Shown: piece by piece, positions 1 to 11,127 of the stretch
Position numbering within the stretch: position 1 is the stretch's first letter
How the letters are laid out: every line of letters starts with the position of its first letter
DNA from: Euglena gracilis
Taxonomy: Eukaryota
DNA length: 64,000 nt
Assembly (NCBI GenBank): GCA_039621445.1
Contig: CP154954.1
Coordinates: forward strand, 16,076,140-16,140,139
Direction of reading: 5' to 3'
Translations under genes and position numbers: made by a program
The notes under the pieces: generated by a model
What the model saw: only the letters and a program-made list of their open reading frames with translations
What the model was told of the DNA's origin: nothing
The model's database searches: none

Positions 1-361
1 CCCCCCCGTGTCAACCGCACTTTTCCCGTACCTAAAAAGAGTAAAGTATTTTTGACACACTTCACGTCTCTGGAGCTCGTCTCTGGAGCTAATTGGTTGC
101 CATTTTCTGTACAGAACCATGGCTTTGAACTTATCTTCTTTTGAGTTTGGTGATTTAGTGAGATATGAGCGCTCCAATGGAGTTATTGTTGATGCTATGG
201 TGATTGGGCCCTTAAACCGAGGCCTAGATTACCTGGCCATCATTTTGCTGCATGTTTTGTGGTACGGTTCCCATGACACGGCGTGTCCATGACACACCCC
301 CCGTGTCAACCGCACTTTCCCCGTATTTTGGCGTGTCAAGGACAAGGGGGGGGGGGGAATG
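1..361. mobile_element. Right part of a TA-targeting non-autonomous DNA transposon (same family as 27222-27404)
   Basis: Repeated subterminal motif ccccgtgtcaaccgcacttt (1-24, 296-320). Ends gacaagggggg...aatg followed by TA (362-363), like the right end of the complete 27222-27404 copy. Left end lies outside the window. Confidence 0.6.
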
Positions 362-1369
362 TAGGCATCTATCGTGGCTTATTGTGCTTGGGAGTGGGGT
401 GCACTTTCGCAAAAATTCATACCAGAGGTGGGAATTTGGGGTTGAAGAAAAGATTGGATGAGCAAAAAAATGGCCTTAAAAAGGATGGGTGGTGTCGGCC
501 AAAGTCGCAATCATATTCGGAGACCAGAACGCTCTGAAAAAAGGGGATAGAAAATTTTTTAAAAAAATGTGGAAGACAAGCTGTGTGGTTATCTCCAGCG
601 TGCCCATAAATTCTCATACCCACGTCCACAGAGAATTTTCATCCCCTGAAAAAAGAAATGGGAAAAAAGAATGGCACCCCACACTCCACAGAACCATGCT
701 GAAGAACCTCAGAGTTGCGAGTACCGGTGGAGCACTTAGAACTGAGTAGCACCACCTCAAAATGAGGTCATGCCAAACCCCAGGGTTTACCCCCAGCTCC
801 CTCGAAAGAAATCCATCAAGTCCCTACAAGCACATCAGCCTGCCAATTCTTGCTCGCGGTTAGAAAACACTCTGACTGCACAACATCCGACCTGCAACTG
901 GTGCGCGTGCTCAATGGGGTTAAAATCAGGGCCTGTTTTTTTTTCTTTCAAGTGGAGTGTTCGCAGTGGATGGGGTCACCAATTTCACCAAGATTTCACT
1001 TGTGAGAAGGCCAATAAAATACGCCCAAACGCGATACATTTCGGCAATTTTTATGTCTCTGTATCTGTATCTGTATCACTCGATGCCAAACCATATTTCT
1101 GCAATCCCGCAGCGGTGCAATCTGGATTAAGCAGTCGCAATTGCCCGACAAAGCACCAATCCACCAGGCGCAACTCTGAGATGGGATTTGGGCTGGTTCT
1201 GTGGAATGTGCGGGGCCATCATCGCACATACCCGGGAAAACGTCCCCTGTGCCAACCCTGAACCGCCTTCAAAGCAACCTTCCACCTACCTTGTAAACCA
1301 GGTTTTGTGCTGAGCTCTTCATGTGTCTGATGGTGCCATGCTGCAGCAGACGTTTGAGGCTTGTGGCAG

Positions 1370-2068
1370 CCAGGGCGGCCCAGCCCGGCCCCAGGGTTGT
1401 ATGGGAAGCTCTGCAGACATGAAGGTGATAGGGGGGAGTCGCCGAGCTCTTATCCCTTTTTGGGTAAGTCCGAGGCTTCCCCCTGGGGAAATGGGGGGGG
1501 GTTCGACCCCCCCCCACCCCCCCCCCCCCCCCCGGGTCGGGGCCACCTCAGGAACTGGCGGATTATCACCATGATCCCAGCTCCGTTCCCGGAATTTTTT
1601 TTTCAGTCACGACTGGATTTCTAGTTTCCAAATCACCTCCGTTTGACCCCCAACTCCCCGCCAGGCCCAAGTTATTCAGCCGCGAAGGGGTCCAAACTGG
1701 GTAGGATTGGCCCGCCCCGCCCCCCCTTCCGACTCTGCCATTTCGCCAGGGTCCAAAAATGGGTCACCCGTCGGTCAAAAATTCGATTTTTCGAAAATAT
1801 CTTGAGAAAGCGTACATTATTTCCGGAAATGCGGTCTGACGAAATGTACCCCCGGAGGCCCTCCATCGCCCCCCCCCTTCACCGTTTTGGCCGCCGACAC
1901 GCCTGGCCCGTGTTCCGGCACGCTTTTGCGGCGGCCCAAAATGGCCATTTTGGGTGGTTTTTTTTGGGCCGTTTTTTGGTCAAAAATCGATTTTTCCAAA
2001 TTATCTCGACAATGAAGCAAAATCAAAGAAAATGTCCGCAGAGTAAAAATGAAGCCCTTGGAATGCCC
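1370..2068. repeat. Diverged relative of the 13063-19560 array unit
   Basis: Same motif order: ggcccagcccggccc, gagctcttat-hairpin-cgaggctt, G-run/cgac/C-run, ggattatc, tggattt/ctagtttc, accccaactcc.cgccag. Confidence 0.55.
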
Positions 2069-2070
2069 TA

Positions 2071-2531
2071 AACCCCCCCCCAAAAAATAAGACCCGGGTC
2101 TTATTTTTGGGTCCGTTGCTGGAAGCCTGCAGGGGGGGTCTTATTTTTGGGGGGGGTCTTATTTTTGGATTTTTTCTTGACCGACAAAAAAAAAAAAAAA
2201 ACACCATTTTTCAGGTTCCCAAGAGGACTATAATTTTTGTCTCGGCGCTTCGCGCCATGTGAAAATTAGTGTAAATTGACATTTACCGTGTTTTTTGAAC
2301 TTCAAAAATCCGAAAATTTTTGAAATTTCATCATTTTTGTGTATGAAATTGGGTTTTTTGGTCATTTTTCAGGGGAAAAGTTTACCGTCCCCGGCGCTTC
2401 GCGCCGTAAAGGGGGGTCTTATTTATGGGGGGGGGTCTTATTTTTGGATTTTTGCTCGATCGGCCCAGGGGGAGTCTTATTTTTGTGGGGGGTCTTATTT
2501 TTTGGGTGGGTCTTATTTTTGGGGGGGGGTT
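2071..2531. mobile_element. TA-TSD MITE (Tc1/mariner-pogo type), AACCCC termini
   Basis: TA at 2069-2070 and 2532-2533. TIR aacccccccccaaaaaataagaccc / gggtcttatttttgggggggggtt; many internal ggggtcttattttt repeats. A paralogous empty site gaatgcccTAtc lies at ~2739-2750. Confidence 0.85.
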
Positions 2532-2996
2532 TATCCAACCGTGTTTTTTTCTTTTTCCCCCCAACCCTTCGTGTAGCCGTAGAGTTACGGCATTTTTTTC
2601 GGCCAGTTTCGGCCCATTTCTGGGCCATTTTGGGCTTTTTTGGGGGCCAGAAAAATCGATGTTTCCAAAATATCTCGGAAATGAAGCGAAATCAGAGGAA
2701 ATGTCCAGAGACCCCAGAGACAGGAATTGAAGCCCGTGGAATGCCCTATCTAATGGTATTTTGATTTCCCGATATCTTCCTGCCAAACCCCGAGATGTGG
2801 CTGATTTATGGCATAAAACAGCATGGCAGGCTTCCGATTCTGCCGTTTTCGGCCATTTTTCGGGGGAAAAATCAAAAAATTTTCCCCAAACAATCATTTT
2901 GGGCTTTCCAGACCGGCGGCCTGCTGCTTCATTTTTCCTTCTGGGGGTGGTTATAAGTCATGGTTTGGTAGTTGGGCCCAATGGGGGGGGTATAAG

Positions 2997-3439
2997 CAGG
3001 GGGGGGGAATGCAACTTGCATAATTTGCATTTTTTTGCATAATCAGGTTTTCCCGAAATTTGCATTTTTATGCTTTTTTTTTTTGCATTTTTTGCATAAA
3101 ATATTTTGCCCTGGAAAAATTTTTTGTAGTTGGTTGCCGTATGTTTGGAATTTTTTGCATTTTTTTGCATTTTTTTTCATAAAATATTTTGCCCTTGAGA
3201 AAAATTTTGTAGTTGGTTGGCATATGTTTGGATTTTTTTTTGCATTTTTTTTGCGTTTTTTTTGCATAAAATATTTTGCCCTGGAAATTTTTTTGATTTT
3301 AGGCAGCAAAGCTCTGTCATATTCCAGCTTTTTCTCAAGGTTTTCATGCAAGTTGCATTTTTTTTTGCATTTTTTTGCATTTTTTTTGCATTTTTTTGAC
3401 TTGCATAATTTGCAGGGCCAAGTTGCATTTCCCCCCCTG
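2997..3439. mobile_element. MITE with CAGGGG termini and 7-bp TSD
   Basis: TIR caggg(g)n-aatgcaactt / aagttgcattt-(c)n-ctg. TSD gtataag at 2990-2996 and 3440-3446; interior of ttttgca repeats. It is inserted into a remnant of the gggttataag MITE family. Confidence 0.85.
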
Positions 3440-6038
3440 GTATAAGTGGGGGGGGTTATGGGATGGGGCAGGCAGACCTGTACCTATATTTTTTGAGATT
3501 TTTCACATTCTTGTTGAAAAATCACATTTCCCGAGTCGAAAAAAATTGCTTGCATTTCTGTGGCTGCTGATCGCAAATGTGTGGAAAAACCACATTTTCG
3601 GATTTTTGTGTTGGCTACCCGGACAAGCACTGCACCCTTGACCTATCTTTATAGGGACCTTTCACCTCCCTCTGTACTCACTGATTTGACAGGTGACAGT
3701 TTCCCGAAAATTGATAATTTACCGGGCACACTGTAGATTTATTGAATATGTTAAGATTTTTCATCTGTATACAAGGATTTTATACAAGGATATACAAGAA
3801 AAAATTGGGACTTACCTAAGGAGCCCAATTGCCTGAGAGCATTGGACATTCACAGGTTGCCCCACTCTCCTCGTTTGTTTCAGGGTCTGCTCTTGCTTTT
3901 GGATTGTCCCATCCCTGATTGCCAGCAGAAGTCGGCAACCGCTGCTACAGGATGGTTGCTGCCATGGAGTGTTATCCTTCCGCTGAGCCATGTCGCACCC
4001 ACAATCTTTATATTGGGTGAATCTAGGGCAGCTCTCAACACGTGCAATACATTTTAGTTATGGTGAGGGCGCCAACTCCCCATTATAGCCCTGATCTATG
4101 AAGCTCCCCACCTCTGTGAGGGGACTCTGAAGATTTTTTGTAGTTGCAAAACCTCAATTAGCTGATTTTTTTTGCAGTTTTTATGAAATGAATGAATGAA
4201 TGCTGTTTTGACCAGTTTCTCTCCGCAAAAAATATCACGGATTTTCCCATCTCTGCCTGGATGTTTGTTTGTTTGTCAATATGTGTGTCTGAGTGTCTGT
4301 ATCTGTCTTTTGGACATCTTCAGGGAAAAAAGCGTGCAAAAGTGTGCTAAAAAATGCAAAGAAAAATCCTGAAAAATAAAAAATGAGAATGTTGGGAAAA
4401 AAGAATTAAAGGGAAAAACACACAAAAAACCATGCAAATGCAAAACTCTTCCAAAAATGCAAAAAAAATTGTGCAAAACGGAAGAAAATTTGCAAGTGAA
4501 TGGAAGAGTACTGCTTTCCACTGCAGAAAAAGGGCAATTGACCACGCCAGGACCTCACCAGCAGGTGGGGACCTGGTTTAAGGGTCCTCAGGTTGGGGTT
4601 TGGTTTGAGCTAGGGTTTGGGTTACGTTCAGGATTGTCGGTCGATGCCACATTTAATCCTATCTAATCCATGGCATAATCATCCTTGCCCTGATTCATAA
4701 AGCAGCAAGCAAGTCGAATCTGGACAGCTGAAAGGGCGGTTTGGAAAATCAGATTCCTTGTTAAATCAGGGATTTCTTGAAGGTTGGACCCAGGGGGGGG
4801 GGCACTCAGGGGGAAATTCCACAGAAAAGGTTTGTCAAATAGGAGTAATGTGCGGTGTGAGTGCGTGTGCAATTTTTTTGTCGGCTTATAATGGGCCCTG
4901 GGGCATCATTTCTCGGCCTTTTTGCCTGTTCCCCGAGTGTTAACGACCCAAGGCATCGTTTTGCTTGGTAAATGGTTGGGGAGCGATGGCAAAGGTTGGC
5001 TGTTTCAAAGGGAAAATGGGCCCCGAGCCCGCCACTGCTTTTTCAGGGTCGCTCTTTTGTGTGACCGAACCTGAACGAAACCAGCAGCATCGACCTCCCA
5101 CACCTCCCCCTCGATCGAAAGTTTATGATTTTTGCCCGCAGTATCGAAAATTCCACAGAAAAGATTTATCAAACGGGAGTAATGTTCGTGTGTGTGTGTG
5201 TGCACTCTTTTTCGGCTTGTAATGGGCCCTGGGGCGTCATGCTCGAACTCAAAGTGAGAGATGGCGTGAAGTGGTGCACCCACAGTACCCCCCCCCCCCT
5301 CCACACCCCCCACACCTCACCCCCCCCCCCTGCTGCCACCCCACACACACCCTTCGCTGCCACCCCCCCCCTGTCACCCCACTCTTGGACCTCATTGAAT
5401 GCCAAGTTTTTGGCATACAATTCATTTTTTGTTGGCTCCTTTTTTGGCGTCATTTTTTGACACCGGCCTCGTCTGGGGGAGGGGATGCCCCCCCAGAACA
5501 AAAATGGCATCACTACTCTGTGCAAGGTGAGGCTCAAATGTCTTTTTGCGTTCCATTTTTTTGAGATCTTCCCGTTCATTTCCATGTGTCTTGCCATGCT
5601 CTGGCAAATTGGTCATCTGAGCCTCCACAGAGCCTCTGAGGAGCCGCTGTGGAGGCTGGTCGTTTGGAGCCTTCGCGGAGCCTCTGTGGAGACGCGGAGG
5701 CAACCCCCCAAAAAGGCAGGATTCAGATTTTGTTGTCGTGCCATCCCTTACTCGAACTGACTCCTAACCCAGACATTTGTTGAAACATTAGAATCACAAT
5801 TGCGCAAACGGTGCCTGTGAAGACTTGTAAAGACAATTGCCCAAACCAATTGATACCACAAAGCTTGCACATCTGCAATTCTGCTAGCAATCCACTGAAA
5901 ATTATTGTTTTTCACGGCATATGGCATGAGAAAGAAGAAACAAAGTCCTGAGTGTACTGATTGGGAACGTCCACGCTTTGCCATCCAGCGGGGACACAGC
6001 GATGTTGGTGATGCTGCACGAAGTCCGCCAGGACTGAT

Positions 6039-6345
6039 TGCACTGGGCGCCTGGCCACCAGCGGGACGTAGCACAGCACCCTCTCCACGGAAGGGCACTT
6101 TGGGTACTCCGGGATGGCCACCAGGGTCGTCTGCACGATGGCCACGATGGCTAGGCGGTGCAGTCCTGGGTGCGGACAGGTTCGAAAGGGTGGAGCGCAC
6201 CTGGTGCTTCTGCACTGGGCGCCTGGCCACCAGCGGGACGTAGCACAGCACCCTCTCCATGGAAGGGCACTTTGGGTACTCCGGGATGGCCAGTGCAGTC
6301 CTGGGTGCGGACAGGTTCGAAAGGGTGGAGCGCATCTGGTGCTTC
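6039..6345. repeat. Local tandem duplication (~172 bp period), copy 1 only
   Basis: tgcactgggcgcctggccaccagcgggacg... starts at 6039 and 6211. It is single-copy at ~21917 in copy 2. Confidence 0.85.
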
Positions 6346-6548
6346 CAAAAGTTGTCGTACCACAGCACGCAGACTTTCCCCGCCTCTGCTGCCGCAGTTC
6401 CACCCGACACCCGTCCGCTCGCTCCTCGTGACCACTGATTTCAGTCGGGTTCAGTCAGGTGAATGCCGCCGGGACTCGGGCGTCTGCTGAATGACTCCTT
6501 CATCTGCATTGGACGTCCTCAGGGGCCACGATGGGCTGTTGCGCCATA

Positions 6549-7951
6549 CAGGTTGCCAGCACAAAAAACATACCCCCCAAAAGCAAATTCCCCTTTCCAT
6601 TTTGTCCCCAGTTGCTCTCATGCCCCCAAAAATGAGCACTGCCGACAGAGCGGCTTTAAGCAAGCGCGTGGAGACGTATCTCTCTTTTGTTCCACCCTGG
6701 TCGCTCAATAAGATTGCAAATCATGAGAAAATATCCAAAGCTACAGTGCAAGGTATATACCCAGCTTGTACACAATTCACACCAGCCACTTATCCCAGGT
6801 ATGGCATCCAGATTCAAAGAACGCGGCACGCTTGATCGCAAAGTTGGATCGGGATCCAATCAGCAAAAGGCAAAGAAATATTCAGAACGGTGTGCGACGT
6901 TTGCAATAAATTATATTCCATTCCTTAATTCCCACAGGTTTCGAAGAGGTGTATTAAAAGTGGCAATGAAAAACCCTTTTTTGGAGTTGCAAACAAATCG
7001 CCGACGAACATTTCCTCCGAGTTAGCACCGCATTGTTAGCCCGCCCAGCAGGGGCAGTGGTTAAGGCGTGTTTGTCAATCGTTATGCATATGCTTTTTTT
7101 GTGAATTTCAGATACCGCCAAAACCATCTCCAGAATTCATCCGTACAATTCTACGGAAGGCGGGCTTGTGCTGCCAAACCGCAGCAAGGAAGCCATTACT
7201 GTCCTCGGTGAACAGTTTGGGTTTGGTAACAATTCTTTCCCCTAGCAAAAAGGGGGCACGGGGTGCCAGCCCGTGGTTTCCCTGGAGACCAGAGATCTCA
7301 GGCCTAACCACCCCTGCTCTTCCCCTGACAGGGTTCTCCGGCTAGCCTCCGCCACCGGCCCCCCCCCCCCAAACCACATGGCCGCGCCGTTCAGCCTCAT
7401 GCAGCAGCTCCCCGGTAAGTCCGAATGGGGTTAAGGTCTGGCGACTGTGGTGGCCAAACCCCTCCGTTGAAGCGCAGCACTCGCTTCCACCTCATCCACG
7501 CTGTGGTACTCCGCGCACGGTGGGGAGAAGCCCCGTCCTGCTGGAAGCGGTAGCCCGCAGTCCTGCACAATGGATTGTGAATATGTCGAATATTGGCGTG
7601 CAAACACCAGGCGTTTCCGCCATGGTGCTGCACAAGTTGCGTGGGCATGTGTTTGCGGGCAAAGACCATTTGTGGTCGGCTCTGCAAGCTGCCTTCGCAG
7701 AAATCTCCCCCGAACAGGTCAAAGCATTTTATGACAGCATGCCTAACCGCATGCGGGCTGTCATTGCGGCTCGCGGTGGACACACCCACTACTGACCTTC
7801 CCATACCCCGCCCTTTTGCATGACGGTTGCATTCGCGGCAAATCCAGCGCTTGATTCGCCGCATTGCTGCTTATAGCTTTACTCACCAGATGGGGGGTAT
7901 GTTTTTTTGTGCTGTCAGGGGGGGGGTATGTTTTTTTGTGTTGGCAACCTG
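6549..7951 (+). mobile_element. Tc1/mariner-superfamily DNA transposon, rearranged and defective
   Basis: TIR caggttgcca(g/a)cacaaaaaacataccccc at both ends; TA TSD at 6547-6548 and 7952-7953. The empty site gcgccaTAgggcagtcgcgg is present in copy 2 (~22276-22295). Confidence 0.95.
6620..7795 (+). pseudogene. Tc1-like transposase pseudogene with three short introns and an inverted DDE segment
   Basis: HTH-like N-terminus MPPKM...SLNKIANHEKISKATVQ/GMASRFKERGTLDRKVGSG...NPFWSCKQIA (needs one frameshift)...FIRTILRKAGL...AARKPLLS. Tc1 C-terminus AMVLHKL...SMPNRMRAVIAARGGHTHY* is on plus. FQQDGASPH...WPPQSPDLNPI is on minus (~7425-7615). Confidence 0.9.
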
Positions 7952-10867
7952 TAGGGGAGTCGCGGTGGCGCACTGTACGGTACAGGACCTAGGCATCCCG
8001 CAGCAGCAACTCTGTCCAGTTGAGTCGCAGCTGCCATCACAACTCCACCAGCAGGTACTCCAAGCAGGCGCTGTTGGTAATCAGCAGGACCTGGGTGTGG
8101 GCATCTGGATGATTAAGTTCAGTAGGGGTCATCTGGGCATTGGCCACAAACACCTCATAGCCCTCCACGAAGTGCTCCTGGACGCATCTGCCCAGGATCT
8201 TCCCCATTTTGGCAGAGGCAGGCGTAGTCCGCATACCGCGACGGTGGGACCGGCTGCTTTGCGACATCATTACAGAATTTGCAGTGCCCAAACAAAAAAA
8301 AGGTTCAGTGTGTTAGTTTAACAATTGTACATTCTTCTTGGAATGTTTGTGCTATGTTCTTTTGTGCAATTGCGCAAAGGAACATGGATTTTATCGCATC
8401 AGAGAACTTTTGCCGGCACAACAGAATAAGAGCGTTCGATTTGGCACCATCTCAGCTTAATTTGCATAACGGGACAATTACTCAGGATGTGTGGAAAAAA
8501 TCTGCTCGTTACAACCCCAAAGAATGATTTTAACAACAAAATCTCGAGCATTTTCTGTTGACAGAATTGTGGTGGAGTACACGTGCCAGGTTTCAAAGGG
8601 TGCCGGATGGTTTGCCGTCAAAATTGGACGTGGCACCAGGTGAGTCGTGCCGCATTTCCGCAGTGGTTGAGTTGCAAATGAATAGTCAGTCTGTTCAACC
8701 CGGCTTTTAGCGGAAGAAGAAACCCGTCACTGTTCTGATCGCATCCCGTAATTGTGAGGCCAATGAAACAGAAAGTTTTTTTTTTCTTGCTCTTCATCCA
8801 CACACTATGCATGAGCTCTTTTGATCCTCCTGCAACAGACACAGAATCCATGCCAGTGTAAGGTCCAAATTGTGACACCGTCAAAATCGCCCACCTCCTG
8901 CCATGGCTCCCAGCCCCCTGGAGGTCATACCACCTAGCCAATTTTATTGCAGAACTACTTAACCCAGGCGCTGTCGGAGCAGCAGTATAATGTAGACATA
9001 TCAAAATACCTGACCTTGCTTGAGTTGGGATGGCGTCAACTTCTGCCTCAACGCTGGTGTGTCGGCGTCTATTTTCTGTTGCTGTGTTGTGTATTGCCTC
9101 TTCACTGACGAATGACCCTTCCAAGATTTTTGAAGGAAGCTTGCACCACCGGTACAGGTAAGCGCTTTTTTTATTATTACAGGACGAACCCCCCCCCCTC
9201 CCCCAGAGTTGGTAAACAGAAGCCTGCTAGGCATCCCCTCCCCCAGAGTTTGGTAAAAAGAAGCTTGGAATTATTTCCCATCTTTCCCCCTAATTTTTCC
9301 CTGTGGGGATGTAGCTTACGCCTGGTCCAGTGGAGAGCTGCTGTGCAATGTCCAACCCCTCTCCGACGCGCGGCTCATTCACATGCATGCCTGTCATGGC
9401 CCTGTTATATGTTTTCTCTCCCAGAGAACAGAGTGCGATTGGTGGGCAACCTAGCATGCCTTTTGAGCGCTCCTTCCTTGCAACCAGACCTGACTTGGAA
9501 ATGGGGGTGGCGGTGGTGGTCTGATTAGCGGCGGTTTGCAGAGGTTGGAAAAAAATGTTCGTGAGGTTTCTTTTCCAACCCATTCTGGGTGGAAGGTGTA
9601 AAGTTGGAGCAAGGGCATGATGCAGAATTTCCAAAGTTTTGGAGCTTGGTTGCAGAAAGACGTTTCCAGAAATGGGTCGAAGAATTGGCCGTCACCCCCC
9701 TCTCAGTAAGCTGTCATGACCGAGAACCTGTCAGCAGCCCACCAGCGAAACTGCCAGGTCCCCAGATACTGGCCAACATGTCGAGGTTAAAATTCAATGA
9801 AGTTCCTTTGAAAAACTCTGAGGTTGGAATCCCCCCAGGGAGCCTGTTCTCTTCCCTCCATATTCGCCAACCTGTCTTCATTGGGGGCACCTGTCCTCCT
9901 CTCTCCCCGCATCTTGTCTCCCAACGATTGTTTGAAATTTTTCACTTATTTCTTGAAGAAGCAGATTCCTGAGTTGAAAAAAACTCCGAACATTGCTTTC
10001 AAGCTTATCCCAAACTTGCGAAAAATTGTGTTGTCGGATTTTCTGTCTGCCGGCGGTCGAATTTTTTTTGACTTTTTTCCCTGTCACCCAGCCCCACCCC
10101 CCCTCTTCGTACTTGCTGGCCTGCCTCCTACATCGGTGCTTGCTGATTTGTCTGGGGACAGTTTCCGGAGTGGGGAGGCTGGGTAAAGATGGAACCAAGG
10201 GGCAGGAAAGGATGGTGGGATATCCTCTCCCAACGCTTTCCAGCTTGCTGAGGCTTCCTCAGGCTGTCTGCGAGGTGACCCACCCCAGAGTGTATTTTCC
10301 CAACGGGTTATTTTCATGTGAGGGAGGTGGCTGACCGATGTGATGCTTTTTTTTTAAAATCTCTGAGCGACTGACTCGTTCGTCACCCTCTCTCATGCTG
10401 AAGTGGTGGCTTCTGTCTGCAGGAATTTTTTTTATCCCATTGTTCTTTCCCCTGTGCTGAAGTGGTGGTTTCTGTTTTGGGGATTTTTTTTTATCCATTG
10501 TTTTCGTTCGAACTGAAACACGTCAGGACATTGACGTGAGGCAGAAAAATGACTGCTGAAAATCTGGACAACTAGATGTTCCTCCAGCCAAATTTATTAT
10601 CAGGCTCGATATTAAGGCGCAACATTCATACACTGGCGCCTTATTGGCCGCATTTCACCCGTATTTTGGCGTGTCAAGTTCAAGGGGGAGAAGCTGCAAC
10701 CGAGGGGGGGGGTGCCTCCCTGGACAGCACCCAGAACTCCGCTCCCCACCCCTTGGTTTGTGAGAATCAGGCTCCTGGGCACCACATTAGGCACACTGAC
10801 GGGTTTGCTACAGCACCACTCAGAAAATGTGCACATTTTGGCACTGAACTTCCAACTTCCTCCAGGT

Positions 10868-11127
10868 CAGGGGTTTTTTTTAGTCGTGGACCCCTGGGGG
10901 GGGGGTAGGGTGGGTGGGTCCGGCTGAGCCCCCCCCCCCCCCGGCCCCTAGGGGGGAGTGGGATATACTTTTCGGTGCCGAAGGCGCCGAGAGTTTTTGA
11001 AAAGGTGCTATTTTTGGAATTTCCCGCGATTTTTGAGTGGCTCCGGAACCCCCCCCCCCCCCGGGTGGCCCAGGGGGGGGGGGGGCGGGGGGGACCCCCC
11101 CTCCCCCCGGTCTTAAAAAAACCTCTG
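10868..11127. mobile_element. hAT-like MITE with 8-bp TSD
   Basis: TIR caggggtttttttta / taaaaaaacctctg. Perfect TSD ctccaggt at 10860-10867 and 11128-11135; absent from copy 2 (~25395). Confidence 0.9.

Larger units (their letters stand above)
5950..10200 (-). pseudogene. Decayed minus-strand coding remnants of unknown family within the duplicated unit (interrupted by the Tc1 element)
   Basis: Protein-like frames with stops and frameshifts in both copies, e.g. KVCVLWYDNFW, KMGKILGRxVQxHFxEGYEVFVANAQM, WQFRWWAADRFSVMTAY*EGGDGQFFDPFLETSFCNQAPKLWKFCIMPLL and NFSQVWDKLESNVRSFFQLRNLLLQE. No domain recognised. Confidence 0.35.
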
